A DNA stretch of 64,000 nucleotides from an uncultured delta proteobacterium (GCA_963827685.1 CAWHBU010000008.1:1-64000), one strand, 5' to 3'. Positions 1-13,191 are shown, counted from the first letter of the stretch. The notes: generated from the letters alone by a model not told the origin. Program-made: numbers and translations.

Positions 1-2153
1 TGTCTGGGGCCAAGTACGAGTGCTATTGTTGGAGCTGCGCGCGCCCGAAAAATCCCGGTGCTCAGACTTAATTCCGGCAGTCTTGTCATGTTTGGATACG
101 GCTGTCGCCAGCGTCGCATCCTTGCTTCTGAGACCGATCAAACCAAGGCGATTGCCGAAGAGATTGTCCAGGATAAACAGGTAACCAAAACGCTTTTGAA
201 GGCAGTGGGTGTTCCGGTGCCGAAAGGGCCGGATCGTACATAATGAAGAAGATGCTTGGGCGGCGGCGAGTGAAATTGGTCTGCCGGTGGTAGTCAAACC
301 GCTTGATGGCAATAAAGGACGAGGTGTTTCCGTGAATCTCATGTGCCAGAAAGAGGTCATTACCGCCTATACCTCCGCAGCCTCCGAAGGATCTTCTGTC
401 CTGGTTGAGAAATTTATTCCCGGGCAGGATTATCGTCTGTTAGTGGTGGGAGATCGATTGGTTGCTGCGGCGCGGAGGGAACCTGCTCACGTGATTGGGG
501 ATGGAACTCATACGGTTTCGGAGCTGATCGAAAAGGAGAATGAAAACCCTCTTCGGGGCAATCACCACGCGCTTCCCCTGAGTAAAATTCCCCTCGATTC
601 GGTCTCAATGGCGGTGCTCGCTGAACAGGGGCTTACCGTGCAGTCAATACCTCCCGCGGGGACGATGGTTCTAATTCGCCGCAATGGTAACCTCAGCACC
701 GGGGGAACTGCTGTTGATGTGACCGATGAGGTCCATCCTGAGGCGGCCACGGCAGTGGTTGATGCCGCGCGGGTGGTTGGTTTGGATGTGGCGGGGGTCG
801 ACCTGGTTGTTTCGGACATCGGTCATCCGCTTGGAGAACAGGGAGGCGCAGTCGTGGAAGTTAATGCCGCTCCTGGCTTACGGATGCACACCCAACCTTC
901 TCACGGGATCGCGAAGGCCCGTGGGGGAGGCAATCATCTCCACGTTGTTTGCTGAAGGCCAAACCGGAAGAATTCCAATCGTTGCCGTAACCGGCGTAAA
1001 CGGCAAGACCACGACGACTCGGTTTATCGCCCATATCCTCAACAGCAGTGGTCTTAAGGTGGGAATGGCTTGCACTGACGGGGTTTATATAGACGGTCGC
1101 CGTATTGACAATGAGGATTGCAGTGGGCCTCAAAGCGCGCGGGGAGTTTTGTTGAATCCGGTTGTCGAAGCCGCTGTTTTGGAAACGGCACGAGGCGGTA
1201 TTCTCCGTGAAGGGTTAGGATTTGATTTTTGTGATGTCGCGGTAGTAACCAATATCGGCCAAGGAGACCATCTCGATCAGTACGACATCGACACCGTGGA
1301 AAAACTGGCGGTGGTAAAAAGAACGGTAGTAGAAGCGATTTTACCCGAGACGGGTACCGCGGTGTTGAATGCTGCCGATCCTTTGGTGGCAGCGATGGCA
1401 CCCCACTGTCCGGGCCGGGTAGTATTTTTTGCCTGCAACTGTGGCCACCGGGTTATTGTGGAACACCGCCGCAAATCCGGCCGTGGGGTCTTCATGTGAC
1501 ATGACGCTGTTATCCTTGCCGACGGAGATCACGAGCAGCACCTGGTCTCGCTTGACTGTGTCCCTCTTACCCTTGATGGCAGAGTGCGATTCCAAATCGA
1601 AAACGCATTGGCGGCAATCGCGGCGGCGTGGTCTTTGGAGATCCCCCTGGAAAAAATCGTGGCCTCGGTAGCATCCTTTACCGCTGATATCAACAACGTT
1701 CCGGGCCGGTTTAATCTGGTTAAACTCAATGGCGCTACCATGGTCGTTGATTATGGGCATAATGCCTCGTCATTAGAAGCTATTATCGAGGCTCTTGATA
1801 ATTTCTCGTCGCCCCATCGGGCCATTGTTTACTCCACCGCAGGCGACCGGCGTGATTCCGATATTATTCTTCAAGGATTACTCCTTGGTGAAGCATTTGA
1901 CTCGGTTATTCTCTATGAGGGTCATTATATGCGGGGGCGGGAAAAAGGAGAAATTATCAGTTTGTTTCGCAAGGGCATGAACGGCACGGCGCGGGCCAAG
2001 GAAGTCAAGGAGGTTTATGGTTCACTCAACGCGATCGACCAGGGTCTGCGGTTTTTGCGTCCCAACACCTTAGTGGTGATTCAGGCAGATGTTGTTGACG
2101 AAACCATAGCGCATCTTCAAAATTACCTCAGTGCTTATCCGCATCCTGCATGA
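1..2153 (+). CDS. cphA: Cyanophycin synthetase (5'-truncated by window edge; split over several frames by frameshifts at ~230, ~915, ~1495)
   Basis: ATP-grasp motifs (VVVKPLDGNKGRGV, GNLSTGG, EVNAAPGLRMH) followed by a Mur-ligase domain (VTGVNGKTTT, ETARGGILREGLGFD, DYGHN) across ORFs 58-243, 209-955, 726-1499 and 1584-2153. Confidence 0.92.
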
Positions 2154-2218
2154 AAGGTCACGATCTCTCTCGTGTTCTCGATCAGGTCATTTCAGCATAA
2201 AAGAAGGAGCGTCATCAG

Positions 2219-4528
2219 GTGTCGGAGAATAAGGACTTCCCGGTCGAGTTCCATGCACAGATAAATGGTCTCTTAAGTGAGGGTGAGATTCCCTTAGCCT
2301 GGTTTGCGCCGGACTTAGACAACCGTCTCCATTATGTCTATGGCTTAGTGGGCCTCACCAACCGCGCGCTGATCAGCATTCAACCTCAGTCTCAGGCAAA
2401 GCATCATGCTTTTTCACCATCATTTATTTCAAAGTTTTTGAGAAGGACAAAAAAAGGGAACGCGCCTCGATAGCGATAGAGTTTTCAAGACCTGGTCACT
2501 CCCTTCAATCGTCTCGTTACGGACTACTGAACACAAAGGAATTGGAACCCTTCATCTCCTCGATACCTCTCATCTGCTTTTCCAGTGGACATTCACCACC
2601 AGTCAAAAAGTCCACGCGCATCGTCTGGTAGAACGTTTTCTGGGCCTTAAGGAAAACGATAAAGAAAAAGCTGCCCCGACCGCATCCTTACCGGAAACTA
2701 CTACGGGGGTACCGCGTGATGGAGAACACGCGGTATTGTTGGACTACGCTCCTGCGGCGGCTCCTCCGCCGGCGCGATCGTTATTCCGGTTGTTTAAATT
2801 TGCCCGGCCGTGGACCCGCATGATCATCTTAGGCTTTCTGCTGAGCGTGGGCAGTATCGCCGCTGGTCTGGTACCACCCTATATTACCATGCCGCTTCTT
2901 GATAAAGGCCGGATTCCTTACCAGAGCGGGAAGACGGTGGATTTCCATCAGGTGGGATGGTACCTCTTCGGTTTGGCAGGCGCTTCGCTCCTTGCCTGGC
3001 TTCTCGGCTGGGCGCGCACCTATGCTCTGGCATGGGTCAGCGAGCGCGTCAGCGCCAACTTAAGAACCATTACCTATACTCATTTGCACCGCTTATCAAT
3101 AGAGTTTTTCGGGGAGTAACTCAACCGGTGACCTTATTTCCCGGGTCAGTACTGATAGCGACCGTATTTGTTATTTCTTGTCCGTCTATTTAATGGAGTT
3201 TGGCTCTGATGTGTTGATGATCATAAAAAAAATCATTATTTTATGATTAATCCTTTTCTGGCACTGGTGATGCCTTCCCGCCCGTTTCCTTTGATCATGT
3301 GGCTTACCCATCGGGTAAGAACGATTCTCCGTCGTGGTTTTTCCCTGGGAAGTCGGGCGTGGGCTTAACACCACGAGCGTGCTGGCGGACACGATTCCCG
3401 GCATTCGGGTGGTTAAGGCATTCGCTCAGGAACAGCGTGAAATTGACCGATTTCAGGAATGCAATACGCGGGTTCTCCAGGCTAACGATCGTATCAATAC
3501 TACTTGGTCTTTTTTTGGGCCGATGGTGACTTTGCTCACGGATGCGGGTTTGCTGGTTGTTTGGATTTTTGGAGCCTGGCAGGTTTTTCAGCACCACATT
3601 ACGGTGGGTGTTCTCACCGCTTTTCTGGCGTATATAAGCCCGCTTTTATGCGCGGTTAGAAGCGATGATCAAAATGGTTTCAGCGGTACAGCGTACTGCC
3701 GCGAGCGCGCACCGGGTGTTTGAAATTCTGGATCGAGTGCCGAGTGTTCCTGAGGTTGTTAATCCGATCGTTCCCGGATGATTCCGCGGCGAGATCGAAT
3801 TTTCCCATGTCGGGTTTCGTTATGGCAGCCGCCAGGTAATTGATAACGTGAATTTAAAGATCCCGCCGGGAGAGATGATTGGTTTGGTTGGGCCCACGGG
3901 CGCCGGCAAAAGCACTTTGATTAATTTAGTGTGCCGGTTCTATGATGTCTCCGAGGGCGCGCTTATGGTTGATGGTACTGACATCAGACGGTTTTCCATC
4001 GAAGGATACCGGCACAATATCGGGATCGTTCTGCAGGAATCTTTTTTATTTTACGGGACCATTGCCGAGAATATCGCCTATGGGAAGCCCGATGCCACGC
4101 GAAGCGAAATTATCAAGGCGGCACGAGCTGCCTGCGCGCAAGAGTTTATTCTCAGACTTCCCGATGGCTACGATACCTTGGCGGGCGAACGCGGTCAATT
4201 TCTCTCCGGAGGCGAGCGCCAGCGAATCGGCATTGCCCGGGCGCTTCTTATTGATCCGGCTATACTCATCCTTGATGAGGCAACCTCTTCCGTAGATGTG
4301 GAAACGGAGAAAGAGATTCAACGGGCGCTTGAAAATCTGGTTCAGGGCCGGACAACTATAGCGATTGCTCACCGCTGAGCACCCTCCGGCGTGCCGACCG
4401 TTTGGTTGTCATCGAACGTGGTCAAATCATTGAAGTTGGTCGTCATGCTGAGTTGCTTGAAAAACGAGGGTCGTATGCCCGGTTGCATCGGGTAAACCTG
4501 GAAATGGCCCAATCAATGGCACAGTAAT
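2219..4528 (+). CDS. Cyanophycin-cluster ABC transporter, fused permease/ATPase (multiply frameshifted)
   Basis: Fragments 2219-2473, 2736-3119, 3334-3723 and 3848-4378. Walker A GPTGAGKS, signature LSGGERQR, Walker B ILDEATS; end approximate. Confidence 0.85.
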
Positions 4529-4543
4529 GAAAGGAATTTTTGT

Positions 4544-5067
4544 GTGAAAAATTCTTTTGAGAGAGATGACGAGCACCACGAGAAGAAGGATAATGTGAAT
4601 CTGAAAGAAGGTTTTTCTCTTTCCCGGGATTCTTTGGGCCGGTTGGTGCTTTGTATCATGAGGGGCGGGAGCACATTGATGTGAAGCCAATCCGCATATT
4701 CCCGATTTCCGATCCGGAACACTGGGTTTCCCTTTGTGACGCTGATGGTAATGAAGTGATCTGCATAGAGGATTTAAATCAACTTCCCGGCCAGGTTCGT
4801 CAAATACTGTCGGAAGAATTGGGTGTTCGCGAATTTCTTCCGATCATTAAAAAGATTATGGGGATATCATCGCGCTTTGAACCATCGGAGTGGCAGGTTG
4901 AAACCGACCGGGGTGAGACCTGTTTTATCCTCAATGATGAAGATGATATCCACCGGCTGAGCACCTACCGGATTCTTATTATTGACGCCCACCGAATCCG
5001 ATACCTTATCCCGGATATGCGCCGACTCGATTCCGCCAGCCGCCGAGTCCTTGCCCACTACATTTAA
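4544..5067 (+). CDS. DUF1854 family protein (cyanophycin-cluster associated), frameshift near 5' end
   Basis: ORF 4651-5067 with FPISDP, REFLP, WQVETDRG, RYLIPD motifs; follows the ABC gene; GTG start approximate. Confidence 0.8.
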
Positions 5068-5178
5068 CCCTCAGTTCATGAACTTTATCCTTTGGATTAC
5101 CGTGTTGATGAGGCACATAGTCAGCAATGGTTACATGCCGCAGCGGTCACCTGCCCATGAGGGAAAGTTAGCGGGTAC

Positions 5179-5492
5179 CTATTTCATGATCAGATTATTC
5201 TTTACGTCTCTGACCCCTTTGACGCTCCGGGCGATCTGCCCCGCTTTAGTAACGGCCTTTTGCGAATCCACGAAGCCGCTCAGCTGAACGATGCCTTTGT
5301 AAGTTTCGACACTGATCTCGAATGACTTGAGAAAATCATCAGCTGCAATCAGAGATTTTACCTTGGTGGTGATGACCGAATCGTCAACGTATTGACCGGT
5401 GCTTTCATGTTTGCGTGACGAGACACAGGCCACAAAAGCGGCGATCAGAAGAAGAAGGATAAAATAGCGAATGAAGATAGTTTTTTTTTCAT
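5179..5492 (-). CDS. BON-domain lipoprotein (OsmY-like), homopolymer frameshift near start
   Basis: ESTGQYVDDSVITTKVK...VQLSGFV; ATG at 5492 is out of frame across a poly-T run; paralog at 13280-13594. Confidence 0.85.
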
Positions 5493-5514
5493 ATGGATTA
5501 CTCCTTTCTGTTAA

Positions 5515-5795
5515 TCAAAGGTTAGCATAAACTTCTATACAAGCTAAGTTATCATGCCTTCTCACTCTAACCTGCCGGAAGCCGAGATCCCGAAGAAATT
5601 TTTTTTCCACCCGCTTTTCCCAGCGTAAAACGTACCCCTGGGGGAACTGCGAGGCCAGGCAGGCCATTGCAGGTAAACCTCTGGTTGGAAGGCCTATTTC
5701 TCTCGACAATTCAGTAATCTCATTTTTTCTGAACCTGGCCGCGATAAGCGGACTCCTAATACCGGCTTACTTTGGCGCATTCGGTCTGCATTGTT
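5515..5795 (-). pseudogene. larE: LarE-family sulfur transferase, C-terminal remnant
   Basis: ACLASQFP...LGFRQVRVRRH motifs; no N-terminal half present. Confidence 0.65.
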
Positions 5796-6249
5796 CTCAT
5801 AAAACCATGAAAACCCTCGCTTGTAAGACACCCATTTTCTTTTAACTTCGATTATCTTTTTTATGGTTGATAGTGTTCATTCTTTTATTCATTTAAGGCA
5901 GCAAGAAGTCAAGAATAAGAATAGGTTTTGCCTTGTTCCTGGGAGTTAATAACCTTAGGACACCCCCTCCCTCTAACCAATTTTTTGAACAATGAACCCT
6001 GCTAAAACAGGGGGGTTAGGCTAAAAGAAGAACAAAACAAAAACTCCAGAGCTGTTTCATGTTGGACCCAGAGGTTCTTTTATGTAATTTTAAAATAGTT
6101 GTAATAAACTAATTAAAAGTATGAAATCCATTTACTGTATCAACTAAAATACATGCACCTCGAATGACCTATTGACCATAAACATTGAGGTAGGAGGGGG
6201 GCAAGATAAAATGGACGAAAAGATTTCGGCTATAACAAGAAGTTTGGTA

Positions 6250-6859
6250 TGCATATTAGCGTTAAACACACTTTCTTTTTTTCTCTTATAATAATCATTA
6301 TAGTTTTATTTTTTTATTCGCCTAGTTACTTAATTTTTAAGGACTCCTCCTGTTAAATCCGATGCTGTTATTCTTCTATTATGTCCAGATTATAAAGTAA
6401 GGAAAGAAGAGGCTTACCGGTTGGATCAGTGATGGTTACACAAATACTTTAATTATTCCTGCCCAAAAGAAAATTTTTAATATTACTATTAAAGGGAACT
6501 TATCTCTTTTGCAACAAAGTCTTGCAGACAAAAACAGTTTAACTCCAAAAAGGGAAGGTAACCAAAGTCATCGATTTTATGAAAACACCCACCTTGAACT
6601 GATAGCTAGCAAAGCTATGATGGATAGTTTAGATTTTACCTCAGCTATTTTTGTGAGCTCACCTTATCATTTGAGAAGAATCAAAATAATGGCCGGTAGA
6701 GTTTTTACAGGAAAGACATACAAATTATCGTTTGCTTCACCGCGCTTTCAAAAGAAAGAAAAAATCTTATGGGGGATTAACAAAAATGATCTGAAAATGA
6801 TAGTTAGTGAATACCTAAAAATAGTCTGGTTTTTAATTTATGAAGCATTTTGCAGATAG
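6250..6859 (+). CDS. YdcF/DUF218 (ElyC/SanA-like) family protein, frameshifted
   Basis: ENT...VSSPYHLRR...EYLK motifs in ORF 6509-6859; upstream hydrophobic segment in another frame. Confidence 0.65.
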
Positions 6860-7619
6860 GCTCTTCTCTCTTTGGCAATTTATTGTCAGTTTAGTCTCTG
6901 AAATAAATTAGTTGATTTTAAGTCTGAAAGGTTTTAATATTTTTTTTGCAATTGCAAAACAATCCCTGAATCCAAAAAGAAGACTCAGGGATATAATTGG
7001 AGGAGAGAGGGTTAATGATTCCGTGAGATAAAATAGGCCGGATTGCCCAAGAGGGATGATCGGGCTTTTTAGTTTATTGATTTTAAGGGGGGAAATGTGG
7101 ATTAGGTGATAAGCAAGTAATAAACAGACAACAGTTTGGCATAAGCCTGATTCGTGAAGTAATTAAGGATTGTTAGACGAAACGGCGCATAACAAAGCAT
7201 CATAAAAGGTTCGTGCCTTACGGCAATCATCCAAAATTCTTGCTTTCCAAAAACCTGTTTTTCTGGTAATGCTATTTGTCGCCTCTGTGGAAAAAGACGA
7301 CAGAAAGTATTCCGACTTCCTGAACCTTTCACCTAAAAAAAATTATAGATGGTGTAGCATACAAGTGCAAATCATAACAGGCCTGTTCTGGGCTAAGCCA
7401 TCGATTTATAGCAGACATTGAAACTTCTGCGATATCGTAATGTCTGCTCTAATTGAGATCAGAGATTAGGTCATACGCAGCAACAGGCCCAAGTCCAGAT
7501 TAAGCGGCTCCCTATGTAATAAACAATATTGTAAGGGGACCTGTTTATATACTATAATGCTATCCAACGTTATGCAGTTGGCAAAGGATAATGATTGCCA
7601 CCAGCGAAAGGAGGGGATG

Positions 7620-8366
7620 ATGAATATGTTTCCAGTCATTTTCGGCACGCTCACATTTATTTCCACAATAGCTTGGCGGGTTGTTTGCTGTCCGGTACAG
7701 AAAGAGATTCGGGATACTTGCGGCTTTTGCGGCCGGGGTTCTTATAGCAGTGTCATTTTTCGATCTGCTTCCGGAGGCTTTCAGGACTGGCTACGAATGC
7801 CGGGATAGCACTTGAGCAGGTCATGTATGTAACCGCTGTAGGTTTCATATTTCTCCTCATACTCGAACGCTATTTTTCTGTTCACAGGGTATGCCTTTCT
7901 GACGGGTCATGCACGAATGTGCGTCACCCTAAGGGAGGGTTTTTCGCGGCTGCTGAGCTTTCTGCTCACAGCTTCATGGACGGATTGGCAATCGGAATAG
8001 CATTTCAGCTGGATTTCCATGTTGGTATAATAGTGGCATTTGCAGTAATAGCCCATGATTTTTCGGATGGCCTTAATACAGTAGCCGTCATGCTAAAATC
8101 AGGAAAGTCCTTGAGGTCTTCGTTTAAGATGCTCTTGCTGGATGCCATTGCTCCCGTGTTGGGTGTATTATCCACCCTGGTCATCGGGATCCCCGAGAAT
8201 TATCTCATATTGTTCCTGCCGTTCTTTGCCGGGGGATTCCTGTATTTGGGATCTTCAGATCTGCTTCCACAAGCTCATGAAAAGAGTGCATCCGCTGGTT
8301 TCCATAACATTCACGCTTTTGGGGTTCCTGCTGATTTTTGTGATCACAAGATTACTGGGAGTTTAG
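7620..8366 (+). CDS. ZIP family metal transporter (frameshifted)
   Basis: HSFMDGLAIG and AHDFSDGLN motifs; pieces 7557-7808, 7823-8371, 8142-8366. Confidence 0.85.
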
Positions 8367-8404
8367 AGTAGAAAAAACCTCGGAGGGAGGCCCCTACGTC
8401 ATCT

Positions 8405-8841
8405 TCACTTCCTCTTACTCTTCTCAGGGGCTCCAATGACTTTGCTTGCATTGAAATCTGATCTAATCCATCGGGGCATCCTGGAAAACTCGTGATCTAT
8501 GCCCAATTGTGACAGCTTCTGGTAAACAAAATGCTCTTTGATTTCAATCCGTTGTGTTGTCGAAATCGCATTTGCCAGATCGCCTGAGCCTTTCCTTCGA
8601 CCTTCTCCATGAGCTTTACAAAGGTGATCCGAATATTTGAAATAAGATAGTATTTCCATAGGCTCAACTTGTTCGGTTTTGCATCCTGACGAGTATATTT
8701 CTTCCAGAAATCATAATGTTTCAGTTCATCGTCCGAAATTTGTTTTAAGACGCTTTTGTTATGAGAATCCATCGCCGATTGTGACAGCTTCTGGTAAACA
8801 AGATGCTCCGTGATTTCACTCTTTTGCGCATCTAAAATCAC
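8405..8841 (-). pseudogene. Rubrerythrin-like N-terminus of a VIT1/CCC1 family protein, fragmented, with internal duplication
   Basis: QKSEITEHLVY...DDELKHYDFWKKYT; ~30 bp (ttgtgacagcttctggtaaacaa.atgctc) repeated at ~8507 and ~8780. Confidence 0.6.
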
Positions 8842-8875
8842 ATTTTCTATTTTCTTTTTCTACCATCTTTTGAAA

Positions 8876-9877
8876 TTAACCCTCCCTCAGGAATTGAGCC
8901 GTCTCCTCGGGAAAGGAAACGTTGATATAGATGCCGGATCCCATTTCAAATCCAGCCGGGGTAGTCAGTCTTGGGATAATCTGAAGATGCCAATGGTAGT
9001 AATCTTCTTGTTCATCCTTAATGGGAGCGGTATGGATGACATAGTTGTAATCGGGATTGTTCAGTTTGGAATAGAGTTTCAATAAGGTTGTCTTTAAGAC
9101 CTTTGCAAATCTTTTTGAATCCTCCATGGAGATTAAACCGAAAGAGGCCTGATGCTCTTTGGGAACGATCCAGGTTTCGAAGGGAGACCGGGATGCAAAG
9201 GATTGGAGGACAACAAATCTCTCGGTATCCATCACGATCCTCTTCCCGAACTTAAGTTCCTCCTGAATCGAATCGCAATAGACACACCTCCCGTGGTCAT
9301 CATAATATCGAGCTGCCTCTTCTAATTTCTTTCGAATATTGGATGGGACGACCGAAGTTCCGACGAGTTGGGAATGGGTGTGATCCAGTGATGTCCCGGC
9401 GGCCTCCCCATGGTTTTTAAAGACGATGATCAATTTGATCCTGGGGTCCTCTCTTAAAGCAAGATACCTTTCCCGATAGGCGAGAAGGACCTCCTCCACC
9501 TGTGTATCCTCCATCAGGGGAAGGAGTTGGTTATGGATGGGGCTTTCGATCACCACTTCATGGATTCCCACTCCATCCATCATCCTGAAAAACCCCGTCT
9601 CTTCTCTCTCCAAACTCCCCTCCGGGGAGAGGGCAGGAAATTTATTGGGAATGACCCTTACCCACCATCCTTTACTATCTGCCGGACCACCGCTTCGATA
9701 GGCCAGGGACTCATGAGGAGTGAGATGCTCATTGCCCTGACAGAAGGGGCAGTCTTCTTTATAGGGAGGTTTTTCGATCAAAGTTTTAGTCTTTATAAAA
9801 TCGTGGGGTCTCTTTGAACGCTCTGCAGCAATGATAACCCACTCTTTCGTTGTGGGATCTTGTCTTAATTGAGGCAT
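8876..9877 (-). CDS. galT: Galactose-1-phosphate uridylyltransferase (GalT/HIT family)
   Basis: MPQLRQDP, CPFC, NKFPAL, FKNHGEAAGTSLDHTHSQ, AGFEMGSG. Confidence 0.9.
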   Translation of the reverse strand: MPQLRQDPTTKEWVIIAAERSKRPHDFIKTKTLIEKPPYKEDCPFCQGNEHLTPHESLAYRSGGPADSKGWWVRVIPNKFPALSPEGSLEREETGFFRMMDGVGIHEVVIESPIHNQLLPLMEDTQVEEVLLAYRERYLALREDPRIKLIIVFKNHGEAAGTSLDHTHSQLVGTSVVPSNIRKKLEEAARYYDDHGRCVYCDSIQEELKFGKRIVMDTERFVVLQSFASRSPFETWIVPKEHQASFGLISMEDSKRFAKVLKTTLLKLYSKLNNPDYNYVIHTAPIKDEQEDYYHWHLQIIPRLTTPAGFEMGSGIYINVSFPEETAQFLREG

Positions 9878-10014
9878 AGGGACCTCCTGCAAAACCTATT
9901 GAGTTTCATCTTCCCATCCCTCTCCATGATGGAGGTCGGGGAAAGGTTTTTGATTTGATATCATATCATATCATTACTGGAGTTTATGAAAAAATTAAGA
10001 TTTTGTAGTCAATC

Positions 10015-10119
10015 CCTTCGACTACCCGTTCTGAAGACCAGGGCTTGCTCAGGGTTGACCCTGAGCCGCGCTTTCTCGCCGCGTCTTTAAAGACGGGGCT
10101 TGGCGCAGCCGAGTGGATT
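10015..10119. repeat. Palindromic REP/MITE-like intergenic element
   Basis: cccttcgact...gctcagggttgaccctgagc hairpin and ccgcgtctttaaagacgggg hairpin. Confidence 0.5.
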
Positions 10120-10349
10120 AATTTCTTCTCAAAAGTGATTCCCTATCATTCTTGACATTTTACGTTTTCATCGTGCCTTCCTTTGATTGGCAATGGGTTG
10201 CTCGGCTTTCGCTATTGCTTCGGGATCGCCAAGGTAATAATCACGATGGGTTTCAAATGCTCGGTTGAGTTCGTAGACCAGCGATTTCTCGGTGCAACCC
10301 AATTCTTAACTGTTTGGTCTAGTTTCGTACCAGACATTCCTCATAGTCA

Positions 10350-11771
10350 CTATGTCCGGGAAACCTCAATAATCTCCATGCGGTTGTTCATCTCGGGATG
10401 CCTGCTAGAAGGTCCTTCTGTTAAGACAACAAGGTTTCCTTTCACATCATGAGCATGGAGCCAGTCACGGATATAGGCGTTCCAGTCTTCCGGATGATCA
10501 GGCTCGAATTAGGACAGACTCCATAGGAGAACTGGAGTCGCTGGCAGGTCGATTCCTGAAAACTCACAGCCGTTATCCAGACAGATAGCCTGAAGCGAGT
10601 AATGCTCCTGGCCGTTGTTCCACCGTGAGTGGGGACGAATAGGGCTGCAGGGGAAATACAGTCCAGGGTCGTCTCGACACTTAGGGCGATGAGATCTGAC
10701 GCTAATCTTGCGTTGCACTTGCAGCCTTCAGGGTTTCCCGGACATAGGGAAGGACGATGAGGTTCGATCGCTGCGGCGATTTTGGCCAGCATGGCCACAG
10801 CATCGACTGGATATTTCCCCATGGCGGACTCTTCGGAGAGCATGACACAGTCTGTCCCATCCAAAATGGCGTTGGCCACATCTGTGGCTTCTGCTCGGGT
10901 CGGGCGCCGGTTGTTGATCATGGACTCAAGCATCTGAGTGGCTGTGATGACTGGTTTCCCGAGCATATTCGCCTGACGCATGAGCTGTTTCTGGACAAGG
11001 GCGATCTTCTCGATGGGTATTTCCACACCCAGGTCCCCTCGGGCTATCATGATGCCGTCAGCAGCATCGAGAATGAAATCTATCTGGTCGAGAGCTCTGG
11101 AGCGTTCAATCTTGGCTATGATGAAGGGACTAAAACCGAGAGCAGTGGCTGCGTTGCGGACAGCCGCAATATCTGCTCCTGACTCGACAAAGGACTGGCT
11201 GACCGCGTCCACCCCTTGTTCCAAGGCGAATTTCAGGAACTGGTAGTCACGATCGGTAAAGGCATTGATGCCGAGATCGATACCCGGCAAGTTGAGCCCT
11301 TTGCGAGAGCGAAGTTCGCCGCCCACCAATACTCGACACCTGACGTCCTTACCTTCGATCTTTACGGCTTCGAGCTGAATGAAGCCGTCATTCAAGAACA
11401 GAGTATCCCCTGGCTTTACAGCTTGGGGAAGGCGACCAAAATTCACCGACACCCTGCTGGCATCGCCCACAATCTCCTCCGTCGTGAGGGTGAAGGCATC
11501 ACCCGGCTTCAACTCGATCGGCTCCTTGGCCAGTTCGCCAATGCGCATCTTAGGCCGGGCAGGTCAGCCATGATGGCCAATCGTCGTCCAGCTACATCGG
11601 CCGCTGCGCGGAGATTTTCGATCACTTTCTGGTGACTCGTAAAATCGCCATGTGCGAAATTGATTCGGGCCACATTCATCCCGCTTGAATCATCTGCTCC
11701 ATAACGCCGGGCGAATCGGAAGCCGGCCCGATGGTACAAACGATCTTTGTCTTGTTAGTTGGAAGTTTCAT
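10350..11771 (-). CDS. pyk: Pyruvate kinase (frameshifted)
   Basis: KTKIVCTIG start, ARINFAHG, IAKIER, MIARGDLGVE, ATQMLESM, PTRAEATDVANAILDGTD. Confidence 0.93.
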
Positions 11772-11827
11772 AATCCATACCTTTCTCAAATCTGTTTTCC
11801 TTCCATTCTTATCCTCCCAACCGCCTT

Positions 11828-12120
11828 TCATTCAGCATTCGTTGCCGCATTTCTCGATCGATGATTCCCTATGTCTCCCCGATAAGCGTGAGGAATAAAC
11901 ATTACTAATGTTGACCCCCCTGTAATTGCAACCTTTCCGTCCACGATTAAAATCTTCAGATGGTCGCGTTGGTTCAACATCCATCTTTTCCCACGTATTT
12001 TCGAACGATTAATCGGATTAAATTCAAGTGCCTGAATCCCGCCGCCGTGCGCGGTCGGATGCAGGAAGAACGCTGGAACAAAGCCAACACCGCTCCGACC
12101 GAAAAACCACCGCAACATAC
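11828..12120 (-). pseudogene. Cardiolipin synthase/phospholipase D fragment
   Basis: FNPIN...NQRDHLKILIVDGKVAITGG (HKD-type motif); rest missing. Confidence 0.6.
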
Positions 12121-12269
12121 TCTATTCCCTTTTTGCACCAATGCTCGACCACGACCATGCCGGCCAAAATCCGCTCCGGCGGGCCACAGCAAAACTCTTA
12201 GGCGCGCAGGCGCGAAGCGGGTTTGGCCGATATGGCCCGCCATGGGCAAATCTGCGCGCTTCGCGAAGG

Positions 12270-12476
12270 CTATTTTTTATTGGCGTCTTTTGCCGCATCC
12301 TCGATTTTCTCACCAGCCTTTTCGATCTGCTGCCCGGCTTTTTCTACCGCCTTATCGATTTGCTTGCCGGCGCGCTCCACGGGGCCCTCTTTCTTCTGGC
12401 AGCAGAATAGCCCTGCAATCAGAGCACTCATTACTAATGCCGCCATGACACTCTTACCCAGTTTTATCATTTGCAT
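12270..12476 (-). CDS. Small lipoprotein (EGPVERAGKQID type)
   Basis: Signal peptide, Cys, then charged helical repeats; RBS ggag upstream. Confidence 0.75.
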   Translation of the reverse strand: MQMIKLGKSVMAALVMSALIAGLFCCQKKEGPVERAGKQIDKAVEKAGQQIEKAGEKIEDAAKDANKK

Positions 12477-12715
12477 CTCCTTTAGCGGGTGGATGAACAT
12501 GTCTTGAATCTTGCGCCCGAGGGGATGAGCGCCCGATCGAAGAACCAGGTAATACTGAAGTCCTCTAACTTCCCTCCTGGGTGTAACAAGAACCACCTCA
12601 GACCGGACGCTCTTTTCCCTTCCGTTGGATGATGAGAGAGGTCAAAATGGAGGTGAAAGAAAGATGGACCGAAAAATCATCCCTTTCCTTCTGCGCAAAT
12701 GGCGAAGTCCAGCAA

Positions 12716-12850
12716 TCAGCGGACCAACCCGAGGATGCCAGTTATAATGAGATAGATGGCAACGATATAACTCAATAGTCTCGGGACAAGGAGAATCAAT
12801 ATCCCCGCGATTAGAGCAATCACTGGGTGTGCCGACATACCGAAATGCAT
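12716..12850 (-). CDS. DUF3096 family small membrane protein
   Basis: PVIALIAGILILLVPRLLSYIVAIYLI. Confidence 0.8.
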   Translation of the reverse strand: MHFGMSAHPVIALIAGILILLVPRLLSYIVAIYLIITGILGLVR

Positions 12851-13032
12851 GACATCTGGCCTCCTTTCTAAGGTCTGTATGAGCCGAGATTTCCCCAATT
12901 CATGGGCTGCGATTAGGGGCCTATCGGTTTTACCAAATCCTGTTTATGTCCCTTTCACGCGAATCAAGTCGTCTCAAAATCTCTCTTTTTTCTAGGTCGT
13001 TGGCGATGAGGACTAATTCATGTGCCCCAAAA

Positions 13033-13191
13033 CTACCTCAAATCTCGCCCCAGCAGTAACAGGATGATCAAGATCAGGAGGATCAATCCGAGTCCGCCGC
13101 TGGGATAAGGTCCCCAGGACTTACTGTGGCGCCAGGTGGGAAGAACGCCGATGAGCAGGAGGACTAAGATGACGACCAAGATGATTCCCAT
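13033..13191 (-). CDS. DUF3309 family small membrane protein
   Basis: LPTWRHSKSWGPYPSGGLG. Confidence 0.85.
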   Translation of the reverse strand: MGIILVVILVLLLIGVLPTWRHSKSWGPYPSGGLGLILLILIILLLLGRDLR

